A stretch of DNA of 64,000 bases from a virus. The notes under the pieces were generated by a model. It saw only the letters and a program-made list of their open reading frames with translations. It was not told where the DNA came from and did no database searches. Shown here in pieces: positions 50,884-59,772 of the stretch (positions are counted from its first letter, which is position 1; the number at the start of each line of letters is the position of its first letter). Both the position numbers and the translations under genes were made by a program. The DNA is taken from the IMG/VR virus record IMGVR_UViG_3300030333_008334, positions 48,741 through 112,740 of that record, one strand, 5' to 3'.

Positions 50884-51715
50884 ATAACCAACGGCCGCAC
50901 CCGGGACTGTTCAACTGTTTCGTCGGATCATTTAAATATAGTATTTCAATATTATTTTCTCGTAAATGCTTGTCAAGCTGATATTCTACATTATCACCCC
51001 AATCTTTTTGATATTGTTTATATTTTTCTATAGGGGGATAGGCTTTTTCTTTTTCGTAAAGTGAGCAATAAACATCCATTGAAGATGGAGCGCCCATAGA
51101 AAAACCATCAAATAGAAAATTATCCATAAAACGATTGCCCTCGGGGCATTTCCAGCCACCAAAAACAAATATCTTATTTTCCAAGTCTCCCACTAAAGCT
51201 GCAGTCTTTTCTATATCTATAAACGTTTTGAAAGTTGAGTCAAATCGACTGCGTATTACCAAATCATATTCTATATTATTTTCTTTTTCATATTCACGCA
51301 TCAAATTATTACATGCATGCATTTTATACAATTGTCTTTTCTTTAGCCATTCCCACTTTGTTATTTTTTCTATTTCGTTATTGTCTTCGTTGATATCTTC
51401 ACTTTCTATCACAAGTTTTTTCAGCTGTTCGCCATAAACTTTATTTATCTTCTTTTCTAGTTTGTCTATCTCTACATTGTATATTTTGCCATATGTGCCA
51501 AGCATTTTTCGCCAGCCTACATGGCCAGGAAGATAATCAATTACAATTTCGTCTCTTGGTGGTATATGAGGCTTTAAATTTCTTTTTTGAGATACTGCAT
51601 CAGAAGTATGGATGAATATATCTACCTGATTATTTTTTATAAAAGCTTGCTTGTGATTTTCATAAACATCCCAAAAGCGACCTACATGACCTGAATAACA
51701 TAACGCTACTTTCAA
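50867..51715 (-). CDS. Putative glycosyltransferase-like protein
   Basis: KVALCYSG..R, DIFIHT, YDLVIRSRFD pattern of a Rossmann-like sugar-handling family; glycosylation-cluster context. Confidence 0.5.
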   Translation of the reverse strand: MKVALCYSGHVGRFWDVYENHKQAFIKNNQVDIFIHTSDAVSQKRNLKPHIPPRDEIVIDYLPGHVGWRKMLGTYGKIYNVEIDKLEKKINKVYGEQLKKLVIESEDINEDNNEIEKITKWEWLKKRQLYKMHACNNLMREYEKENNIEYDLVIRSRFDSTFKTFIDIEKTAALVGDLENKIFVFGGWKCPEGNRFMDNFLFDGFSMGAPSSMDVYCSLYEKEKAYPPIEKYKQYQKDWGDNVEYQLDKHLRENNIEILYLNDPTKQLNSPGCGRWLYDVYR

Positions 51716-52401
51716 TTTTTTTTCCTATTTGCCAAATATAATTTTTCAGCTACTTCAAATTGCCAGTCATAATCAATATCAAAACATTCGCGCTCAGGCA
51801 TCGAGAATAGCTCAATATCGCCATCTTTGCGAAAGTCACCCATCCATATGCCTTTGCCAATTAAATCCATTCTACCGGCATATAAGCAGTGTGCTGCCTC
51901 ATATGTAACATCAACCACTTTTGTATTCATTACAGCACCTTTGAGAGTTGTCAAACTCTGGCCCTTATCATTCCAAAAGTAGTTTTTCTTTTCCATAACT
52001 CCAAACATTCCAACAGAATCTGAATTCAAATATGCCTCGATAAAGCCATCGATTGTTTCAGGCTGCAAAAAAGGAGCGCATGCATTGATTAAAACACAAT
52101 ATTTATAAGGTAATTTATCCCACCAATCGTACATTTCAGTCATTGGAGTTCCTTCTGAATTAGCAGACGCTTCTGATCGATCAAATATATTCAAGCCGTG
52201 TTTTAGTGCAATATCTTTTAGCTCTGTTTCATATGCAGATAAAAAGAAGTTTTCTTGCTTAAGAACTTTACATTCTTTAATCTTTGCCATGGCAATATCT
52301 GTTAATGTAGTTCCGGCAAATGGCTTTGTCATCTTCCGCGGAACTCTTTGAGATCCCATCCTTGCTTGAATTATAAAACATACGTCATTAATATCTTTCA
52401 T
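51712..52401 (-). CDS. neuA: Acylneuraminate (CMP-nonulosonic acid) cytidylyltransferase
   Basis: IIQARMGSQRVPRKM.KPFAG, CAPF, DIDY motifs; same cluster as neuB. Confidence 0.88.
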   Translation of the reverse strand: MKDINDVCFIIQARMGSQRVPRKMTKPFAGTTLTDIAMAKIKECKVLKQENFFLSAYETELKDIALKHGLNIFDRSEASANSEGTPMTEMYDWWDKLPYKYCVLINACAPFLQPETIDGFIEAYLNSDSVGMFGVMEKKNYFWNDKGQSLTTLKGAVMNTKVVDVTYEAAHCLYAGRMDLIGKGIWMGDFRKDGDIELFSMPERECFDIDYDWQFEVAEKLYLANRKKN

Positions 52402-52410
52402 TATTTTCCT

Positions 52411-52899
52411 TTATTGTGTCTTGTTTTCCCATAAATATTTAAAATGCTTTAGGAAAATTGAACTAAATTGTCTACTTCTTATTAACATATAACTTTCGTC
52501 ATGACGGTTTATGGAAGCGTTAAAAAAATTACAAGTCCCTGTTAAAGCTTTCTCTTTATCAATTATAATCATCTTATGATGTAAGAGTTCGCCATTGTAC
52601 ATTTTAATTTTATTTTTATCTATCCCATTGGCTATTAAATATTTTGGTATGTTTGTTTCTCTTTTTTGGTCTACATCTTTTATTTTATCTTCAAATGATC
52701 TCTTATCTAAGATAATTTTAACATCTACGCCACGGTGAGCGGCTCTTAAAAGAGCATTTGCAATCGGAATCCAAGTAAACCAAAATACCATAATATGTAT
52801 TTTTTTTTCAGCTTTATCTATTTCCTGAATTACGAAATGCTCAATGTCTTGCTCAGGCCCAAGTAAAAGATCTTCTATATTAACTAAGAAATTCTTCAA
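52411..52899 (-). CDS. Single-domain phospholipase D family (HKD) protein
   Basis: HHKMIIID...TGTCNF; IDKAEKKIHI; AAHRGVDVKIILD. Confidence 0.88.
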   Translation of the reverse strand: MKNFLVNIEDLLLGPEQDIEHFVIQEIDKAEKKIHIMVFWFTWIPIANALLRAAHRGVDVKIILDKRSFEDKIKDVDQKRETNIPKYLIANGIDKNKIKMYNGELLHHKMIIIDKEKALTGTCNFFNASINRHDESYMLIRSRQFSSIFLKHFKYLWENKTQ

Positions 52900-53272
52900 T
52901 TAAATTAACGTCTCCCAAATCTTTTTCTTTGTTCGAACTTCTTTTTCTTTCTAAAAGCAAATTCAAATTAACATATTTATAGTCACCATTTTTTAAATGA
53001 TTTTCTCTATTATCTAATATAAGATCATCTGTAAGATTGTCATCTATAAAAAACCAATTTTCACCAACTATCTCGATATTTTTACTTATTTTGCATGACT
53101 TATGTGACAAAGATAAATCTTTTCTTACAGATTTTCTAACAATAATGTCAACATCATTATTTTCTCTTATTTCGTGTAAAGCTAAAATAGCCGAGCCAAC
53201 AATACAGACGTCATTTTTATCTATTTGATACTGGTTCAAAATCGTTTCCAATTCTTTTAAATATTTAACCAT
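52880..53272 (-). CDS. Small Pol-beta-superfamily nucleotidyltransferase
   Basis: IVGSAIL...NDVDII motif and C-terminal KDLGD. Confidence 0.7.
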   Translation of the reverse strand: MVKYLKELETILNQYQIDKNDVCIVGSAILALHEIRENNDVDIIVRKSVRKDLSLSHKSCKISKNIEIVGENWFFIDDNLTDDLILDNRENHLKNGDYKYVNLNLLLERKRSSNKEKDLGDVNLIEEFLS

Positions 53273-54236
53273 TTATAAACTCGCCGTGTGAAACAAGAGT
53301 CTTCTTGATATGATCTGTATGTTCATAGTTGTCTCCGGCATGAATAATAATATCGTAAAAATAATCTTCAATTTGAGATCTATATCTGTTCCTTATCTCG
53401 CTCTTTAGTGCTTCTATATCTTTAGATATAAATTTACCTTTTGCCTTTGTTTTTTCTCTATATTCAGTAGAAAATAAATCTAAATATAAAATACGAATAT
53501 TGCGACAGCCTACCATGTGCGATAATTTTTTATTTATTTTCCACTGCTCTATATCATCAACCTGGTATACATCATTGACAAAATTTATATAACGATTATG
53601 GTCTTGAAATTGACAGGTAAAAGCTTCTAGTATATCATAATTTTTTTCTATATCTTTTTCAATTTTATCATACAAATCTTGTGCTGGTCCCCACAACATC
53701 ACAACATAATGTAAGTTTGTTTTTAGAAATATTTCTTTTCTCTTTTGCTCTATTAGATTCAGCTCACTAGGTAAGAATCCGTTTTTTTCAAACCATTCTT
53801 TTCCATAGTGAAAATATGTTTTTTCAACAGGCTTCTTACACTCTAAATGCTGCTTCCAATCTTCCACTACCTCATATGGAATCTTCTCTATATCGAAAAA
53901 TAGACTGCAAGCAGCTCGGTGAGAAGAATTAATTAAATGCCTTTCAGGGTTCACCACTAAGGGATAACTCTTATCATACCCGCGTGTTCGAAAGCTTTTA
54001 AGTAAATCGATAAAACTAGCATCATAAGTAATGTTATCTCTATGTAAAGTATCACCAGTTCTCTGTTTCTGCATTTTGAGATAAAGGTCTTTGCAATCTT
54101 CAAAAGATTTCGGCATTTTATTGAGATTATGATATGTTTCTAAAAACATATATCGTACAACCAAATCTAAACGACTAAATTTATTTTCATACTTTTGAGA
54201 TAAAAGTAAATCTCTTTGAGATATAAGTTTAGTCAT
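53265..54236 (-). CDS. ParB/sulfiredoxin-like N-terminal domain protein with a C-terminal IIHAGDN domain
   Basis: LLKSFRTRGYD..YPLVV...LINSSHRAAC resembles the ParB-N GxHR motif; terminal IHAGD recalls the NDP-kinase phospho-His motif. Confidence 0.5.
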   Translation of the reverse strand: MTKLISQRDLLLSQKYENKFSRLDLVVRYMFLETYHNLNKMPKSFEDCKDLYLKMQKQRTGDTLHRDNITYDASFIDLLKSFRTRGYDKSYPLVVNPERHLINSSHRAACSLFFDIEKIPYEVVEDWKQHLECKKPVEKTYFHYGKEWFEKNGFLPSELNLIEQKRKEIFLKTNLHYVVMLWGPAQDLYDKIEKDIEKNYDILEAFTCQFQDHNRYINFVNDVYQVDDIEQWKINKKLSHMVGCRNIRILYLDLFSTEYREKTKAKGKFISKDIEALKSEIRNRYRSQIEDYFYDIIIHAGDNYEHTDHIKKTLVSHGEFING

Positions 54237-54237
54237 T

Positions 54238-55278
54238 TTATTTTTCCAACGGAAAAGCTTGACGAGAGATATCTGTCGTCATATTGAAAGGATGGCCTTC
54301 TCCTAAATTTTGAAATTTAATCTTTTTATGTGCTTGCAAGTCGTTTAAAATATAATCCCAAAAAGCTACATATTGACGTCGAAACATATTATAATCCAGC
54401 GATTTCTGGCTATATCTCTTGTCTTTCTGAAAAGCATGATTATGCAAATCTCCTCTTTTTGTACTCTTGGACATACCGTCAAAGCCTATAAAATGTATTT
54501 CTCTTGGTTGTAGGTCGACAGCCAAAGCAATCAAACGCGGAGCAGATCCAATCTTTCCTCTATATCTAGTATGCAAAAACATTGCTCTAGTTGGATATCT
54601 TTCTGTTAAAATTTTAAAATCTTCTTTCTTTTCTTGCAAAATATTATTGTGTTGGTCGTCGATACAAACTAAAGTATCGTTATTATCTAAATATTTGAAT
54701 ATTTCATCATCTTTATTTTTTTTACGAAAATCAATCTCGCCGGCAAAAGTTGATAATGTAACATTATGTTCTTTAAGTTTCTTATTTAAATAAAAATGAT
54801 TACAAGAAAAGACATGATCATATTCTTTCGGATCCCAATCATATTCGCTAGCAGTTGGGCCGGCAGCGACGATCAACAATTTTGTTCCTCTTACTTCTTT
54901 TAGTTTTTCCTTATTTGAATAAAACATCTCATTGTTACAGACAATATTATTATCAAAATAATTAAAAAAATGTCTTTTAACAAATCCTATATCTAATCCA
55001 TTTCCAATAATCCACTTTTCCCTAGGTGTTAGAAAATATGCGCTCTTTGAATCATATGATTCTCTAGTAGCATCAGTAGAAAAAACATTCTTAGTATCTA
55101 AATCAAGCCACAATGATTCATATTCTTCTTTTTCTGAATATAGATTAACAAACTTTCTTATGGCGTCTTCTATGGCCGCAGGTGGAATGCTGCAATGTTT
55201 AATCAGTGCTTGCCTTAGACTATTTATGTTATTTATCTTATAACAGTTATTCCAAACAACATTATCTAGATTTTGCAT
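54238..55278 (-). CDS. CstII (GT42)/Maf-like putative sialyltransferase
   Basis: IVAAGPT.SEYD......VFSCNHFY and EIHFIGFD match the CstII-type pattern IAGNGPS.KEID......VFRCNQFY / EIYLSGID. Confidence 0.68.
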   Translation of the reverse strand: MQNLDNVVWNNCYKINNINSLRQALIKHCSIPPAAIEDAIRKFVNLYSEKEEYESLWLDLDTKNVFSTDATRESYDSKSAYFLTPREKWIIGNGLDIGFVKRHFFNYFDNNIVCNNEMFYSNKEKLKEVRGTKLLIVAAGPTASEYDWDPKEYDHVFSCNHFYLNKKLKEHNVTLSTFAGEIDFRKKNKDDEIFKYLDNNDTLVCIDDQHNNILQEKKEDFKILTERYPTRAMFLHTRYRGKIGSAPRLIALAVDLQPREIHFIGFDGMSKSTKRGDLHNHAFQKDKRYSQKSLDYNMFRRQYVAFWDYILNDLQAHKKIKFQNLGEGHPFNMTTDISRQAFPLEK

Positions 55279-56164
55279 TTTGCCTCATCCCTTGTGAAAC
55301 ATTGTGATCGCTTGTTTCTGCTAAATTTTCATATTCAACCTCTGGCAATAAATTTTGAATATAATGCCAAAATACAAACGTTTGCTGATCAAACCGATAT
55401 TTATCAAAATAAGGCGGCGGTGCTTTTTTCGGCTCAAATGCATGCGCCTTCATATTAGCATCTTTAAAACCATCAAAACCTACGTAGCCAATTTTGTTAG
55501 CTCCGAGTAGCGATGCAATTGCAATTACTCTTGGAATATATCCCAGGCGTGAAAAATATCTTGTCAAAAACAAGAATACATTTGCACCTCTGCTTTTAAA
55601 ATCATTCAGAGGATCAATTGACCTGTGATCTGAATGTTCAAATCCTATTAGAGGATTATATTTTTCTACACATTCGACTAATTTTGGATCGTGCAAATTT
55701 ACCTGATGTCCTAAGAGCATTAAATCAGGTCTAATATCCTTAAATCTAGGAGTCTTGTAGAAATAATTACATGTGAAAACATAATCATATTCACATATTT
55801 TTTCCAAATCAAATTCTTTTGAGGAAGGACCTCCGCCTACTACTAACACACTAGAATTATTAAACTTTTGAAAACTCGGGTTTCCAGTAATAATAATTTC
55901 TGGAGATAGAATCAAGTTTTCATAATCATCATACTTGTGTCGAGGGCCAAAATAACGATTGAAAAACTCTATTGCATAAGAATCTAGCCAAGTTTTTGCG
56001 TCAGTATTAAAATTAAACCAGCCGCCTGGATATGCTTCGTTTCTGTTGTTGTACCCAAATATCTGATCGCTTTCAGTGTCTAGCCATTCATTATTATTTT
56101 CTGTTGCAACAAAACGTTTATTCCATTTATCTTGTAGCGTAAGTGATAATTCTTGATCCGCCAT
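55262..56164 (-). CDS. CstII (GT42)/Maf-like putative sialyltransferase
   Basis: VVGGGPSSKEFD......VFTCNYFY and KIGYVGFD; paralog of 54238-55278. Confidence 0.7.
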   Translation of the reverse strand: MADQELSLTLQDKWNKRFVATENNNEWLDTESDQIFGYNNRNEAYPGGWFNFNTDAKTWLDSYAIEFFNRYFGPRHKYDDYENLILSPEIIITGNPSFQKFNNSSVLVVGGGPSSKEFDLEKICEYDYVFTCNYFYKTPRFKDIRPDLMLLGHQVNLHDPKLVECVEKYNPLIGFEHSDHRSIDPLNDFKSRGANVFLFLTRYFSRLGYIPRVIAIASLLGANKIGYVGFDGFKDANMKAHAFEPKKAPPPYFDKYRFDQQTFVFWHYIQNLLPEVEYENLAETSDHNVSQGMRQNAKSR

Positions 56165-56879
56165 ATATCCTCTTGCTCTTAAATTTAGTAAATCCTTTAG
56201 TTGCTAAGTATTGCTCTAGAAGTTGTATATTACAAGACCAATAGGTAGTAAAATCACCATCAACTTCGTCACCTGGATAATATATCATAATCGGCTCAGA
56301 AGAACCGTCCTGCCTTGCCGGCAATGGCCACTGTCGACGCCATGCGTGATACTCAGCATTAATTGTCTCTACAACCACCGTTTCTTTAGCCACAGAGATA
56401 ACTTTGTCTAAAATAGCTAGTGGGTTAGGGAGATGATAGAAAACGCCTAAAAACAGTGCTATATCATGCTCTCCGACAGTTTCTGGAGATAGTTGGTCCA
56501 AAGGCACAACACTATCCTCAACTTTAGATTCTAAAATCTCTCTAGCTAAAAGAAAACCTTTTTGTTGGCTCCAAATCTCTCCTTGACTTTTTTCGTCTAA
56601 TTCTTGAGATCCCCAACGATACGGGTCAACAGCCAAAACACTTGTTGCGCCAGATTTCTCTGCGAAGAATGAAAAACAGCCATCGCATGCACCAATATCA
56701 ATTACGCTCTTTCCTTCAAAAAGATCAGGCGTCATTTCCCACTCTCTTAAATCCACAGCGGTGTCTTTTTTACCTGGAGTGATCTGTCCATTTCCCAAAT
56801 CAATTTGCTGGCGCCATTTGATTTCTGCAACCCTAGGGTCATGATTTGGATCTGTATACTTAAAATTAAATCCTGACAT
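56127..56879 (-). CDS. Class I SAM-dependent methyltransferase (CmoB/DUF1698-like)
   Basis: VIDIGACDG, VLAVD, DIALFLGVFYHL motifs. Confidence 0.85.
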   Translation of the reverse strand: MSGFNFKYTDPNHDPRVAEIKWRQQIDLGNGQITPGKKDTAVDLREWEMTPDLFEGKSVIDIGACDGCFSFFAEKSGATSVLAVDPYRWGSQELDEKSQGEIWSQQKGFLLAREILESKVEDSVVPLDQLSPETVGEHDIALFLGVFYHLPNPLAILDKVISVAKETVVVETINAEYHAWRRQWPLPARQDGSSEPIMIYYPGDEVDGDFTTYWSCNIQLLEQYLATKGFTKFKSKRIYGGSRIITYATR

Positions 56880-56880
56880 T

Positions 56881-57708
56881 TTAATTACCTCTTAGTTTCT
56901 TACGTATTGGCTTTTCGCCTTCAGTTACTTTCTTTACGCCGTCGCCAAAAGCCATTTCTAGCTCTCGCACGCCTTTTACCAGTTTAATTAAGCCCTGCGG
57001 CTCAACTGAGGACATGTGATCAGAACCCCACATTGTACGGTCTAGAGTAATGTGCCTTTCTAGAATTGTCGCACCAAGATAAACTGATGCAACTGTAGTA
57101 CCTAATCTAAATTCATGACCACTATATCCAACTTCACAATTGTAACGGTCTTTTAGCATTTGTATACAGCTAAGATTTAACTCGTCGAGTGGTGCTGGAT
57201 ATGTAGAATTGCAATGCAACAAAGCAAAATCAGTACCTTTTAGAATCTCGACAGCTGCATCAATCTCATCTAAAGTGCTCATACCGGTAGATATAATGAT
57301 TCTCTTGCCGGTATCAACAGCTGCTTGTAAAAGCTCATGGTTTGTCAGCATTGCTGATGGCATCTTTATGTACGGTACACCATATGAAACTAAAAAGTCT
57401 AGACTATCTAGATCCCAAGGAGAAGCAGTCCATTGAATTTTCTTTTCCTTACAATAAGCATCAATTTGATCATATTCATGTCGACCAAATTCTACTTTAT
57501 ATTTGTATTCCAAATATGTCATAGGGCCCCATGGGGTATCCCTCATAACTGACTTTTGATGTTCTGGAACACAAACATCCGGGTTTCTCTTTTGAAACTT
57601 GACTGAATCACAACCTGCTACAGCTGCAATATCAATAAGTCTTTTGGCTATTTCTAAACTTCCGTTATGGTTAATACCAATCTCTGCTATAATGTGTGTC
57701 TTCTTCAT
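56881..57708 (-). CDS. neuB: N-acetylneuraminate (nonulosonic acid) synthase family, without C-terminal SAF domain
   Basis: IIAEIGINHNG, VKFQKR, STGMST, HCNSTYP, GYSGHE, ERHITLDR, GSDH. Confidence 0.95.
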   Translation of the reverse strand: MKKTHIIAEIGINHNGSLEIAKRLIDIAAVAGCDSVKFQKRNPDVCVPEHQKSVMRDTPWGPMTYLEYKYKVEFGRHEYDQIDAYCKEKKIQWTASPWDLDSLDFLVSYGVPYIKMPSAMLTNHELLQAAVDTGKRIIISTGMSTLDEIDAAVEILKGTDFALLHCNSTYPAPLDELNLSCIQMLKDRYNCEVGYSGHEFRLGTTVASVYLGATILERHITLDRTMWGSDHMSSVEPQGLIKLVKGVRELEMAFGDGVKKVTEGEKPIRKKLRGN

Positions 57709-59768
57709 TTTTTCTCCAACAATTTTCTTGGCACATCTTCATGAACGTGTGAGCCTTTTGTGCATATATGTACATTAACATTCTTGCTTTTTAGCCAATT
57801 TGAAAAATCTCTACTTAATTCTATATTCTTTTCAATTTCATTTGGTCTCATAGGATCTGACTTTCTGATTAGATCAGGCTTATCTTTATCTCCATCGTAG
57901 AAACGAATCGATTCTGTCTGGCCGATCTTTTCATGATCCCAACCAATTGCATATAAATCTGATACTCCCAAATGCTCAGCTAAAAACAATGCTACTTCAT
58001 AAATTATTCCAGGCCCCCAAGGACGCTCAACGCTCTTATCTAGTGTATAGTTATCAAATTCTTTAGTGTTTGCCAAAGCTTTGCTAAAATCTTGATTTGA
58101 ATTTACTATAGGCATGAATATATCATACTCTTGTGCGTTTGTCCAGACATTTCTTGAAATAATTTCTTCCGGCTCGCCAGCTGTTGTTAAAACAATCGGA
58201 TTATTATTAGTGTATTCATATAGCTTAAAATTATTACAGTTAAACAAATGAAAATCTACTATTTCTGGAACGTAATCATAGCCTTGCTTAATAGCAATTA
58301 CTAACTTATCCTTCAGCTTTTCTTTTAAAAATTCAGGTGTATATTCTTTAAGCGAAGGTCCACATGTAACAAGATAACATTCTTGCCCTTTAAAAGAATC
58401 TTTCAATAAGTCTAACTTTTCTCTTGTTGTCTTTACATTACTGATTCTTCTTTTTAAGAAAGAAACCTTTGGATTATTTTTCTCGACGCGAATGTCGGCC
58501 ATTTGCTTTTCTGAATCTTTGTCAATCTTGTATTCGCTTTTAACAATATCAACAAACTTTCTACCAATAGTTTGTAAATCCATATTTAAACTATTGACAT
58601 GCTCATAACCAATAGCGCCTTTTTCTTTCAACGAATCGTGCTTCCACATTTCATAAGCTCTTCTTAATTCTTTTCTAGCACTTAATATGTGAGGTTCAAA
58701 CCAGTTCATATCACAATGATATTCTGGCCTTGCAAGATATGGACTCCAGTGGCCGTCGACAAAAAACGCTGCGTTTTGATGAGTAAAATCCATATATCCA
58801 GTTGCTCTAGGTACTAAAACAGGAGTTTTATGCAAAAGTGATTCAGCAATAGTCAAGCCAAAACCTTCGCCGCGTGTTAATAAGGCAAAAATATCTGATT
58901 TCTCATAAAGCCAAGAAATTTGTTCAAACGGTAAAGCATCTGCTAATAATAGAATATTTGCTTTTGAAGGTTGTCCGTCATGCATATAGACAGAAGATTT
59001 TAAATCTTTAATCTCTGACGCTATCATATCTCTCTGTTTTTCTAGAGGTACTTGCTTAAGGTAATCCTCCATTAAATTTAGATAAGTTTTTATGACTAAT
59101 ATAGCATCGTCTTGGCCAGAGAACTCCATTGAAAAAGATTGAACTAGTTTGTCGAATCCTTTACGGTTATTCCACTGAGACATTGAAAACACAACAAATT
59201 TGTCTTTCAGCACTTTTCCTAAATGAGGCATCTCAACAGGATTTACGATACTGTCATCCATCACATGAGGTAATAAATGACATGGGCGATCGCCTATCCT
59301 TGGAGAAAACACTTCTTGATTCCAACTACAAGGAACTATAAGCGCATCAGTCTTTAATTGATCGTATGTAGAAACCCATGGTTGAGGGATATCATCAGCT
59401 TCCCAAACCGTTAGATTAATATTTCGATTAGCGTTTGTGATTAATTTTAAACCTGCGCGCCACAGAGGATCCAAACTACGTCGATGGATCAAATAAATCA
59501 TTGGCGCCGGCATATGCCACACAACTAGATAATCTTTTTTACAATACTGATCGACTTCTTCTTCTGAATCAAACTCATATTTTGATATGAGAGCTTCTTC
59601 TTCTGCTGTCAATCGATTATTAGAGTTTTCTACTGGGACTGTATGTACTTTGAAATCAAATTCACCAGGATTATCTTTCAAATAAGTGTCAATAGATTTC
59701 AGGTACCCTCTAGCTGCGACAGCATACCCACTGCAGTCTCTAAACTGACTTACATATACTATATTCAT
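57705..59768 (-). CDS. Bifunctional GT4 glycosyltransferase + C-terminal CstII/Maf-like domain
   Basis: SGYAVAAR, RKGFDKL, RGEGFGLTIAES (GT4); CYLVTCGPSLKEY...DLYAIGWD (GT42/Maf-like). Confidence 0.82.
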   Translation of the reverse strand: MNIVYVSQFRDCSGYAVAARGYLKSIDTYLKDNPGEFDFKVHTVPVENSNNRLTAEEEALISKYEFDSEEEVDQYCKKDYLVVWHMPAPMIYLIHRRSLDPLWRAGLKLITNANRNINLTVWEADDIPQPWVSTYDQLKTDALIVPCSWNQEVFSPRIGDRPCHLLPHVMDDSIVNPVEMPHLGKVLKDKFVVFSMSQWNNRKGFDKLVQSFSMEFSGQDDAILVIKTYLNLMEDYLKQVPLEKQRDMIASEIKDLKSSVYMHDGQPSKANILLLADALPFEQISWLYEKSDIFALLTRGEGFGLTIAESLLHKTPVLVPRATGYMDFTHQNAAFFVDGHWSPYLARPEYHCDMNWFEPHILSARKELRRAYEMWKHDSLKEKGAIGYEHVNSLNMDLQTIGRKFVDIVKSEYKIDKDSEKQMADIRVEKNNPKVSFLKRRISNVKTTREKLDLLKDSFKGQECYLVTCGPSLKEYTPEFLKEKLKDKLVIAIKQGYDYVPEIVDFHLFNCNNFKLYEYTNNNPIVLTTAGEPEEIISRNVWTNAQEYDIFMPIVNSNQDFSKALANTKEFDNYTLDKSVERPWGPGIIYEVALFLAEHLGVSDLYAIGWDHEKIGQTESIRFYDGDKDKPDLIRKSDPMRPNEIEKNIELSRDFSNWLKSKNVNVHICTKGSHVHEDVPRKLLEKK

Positions 59769-59772
59769 TTTT

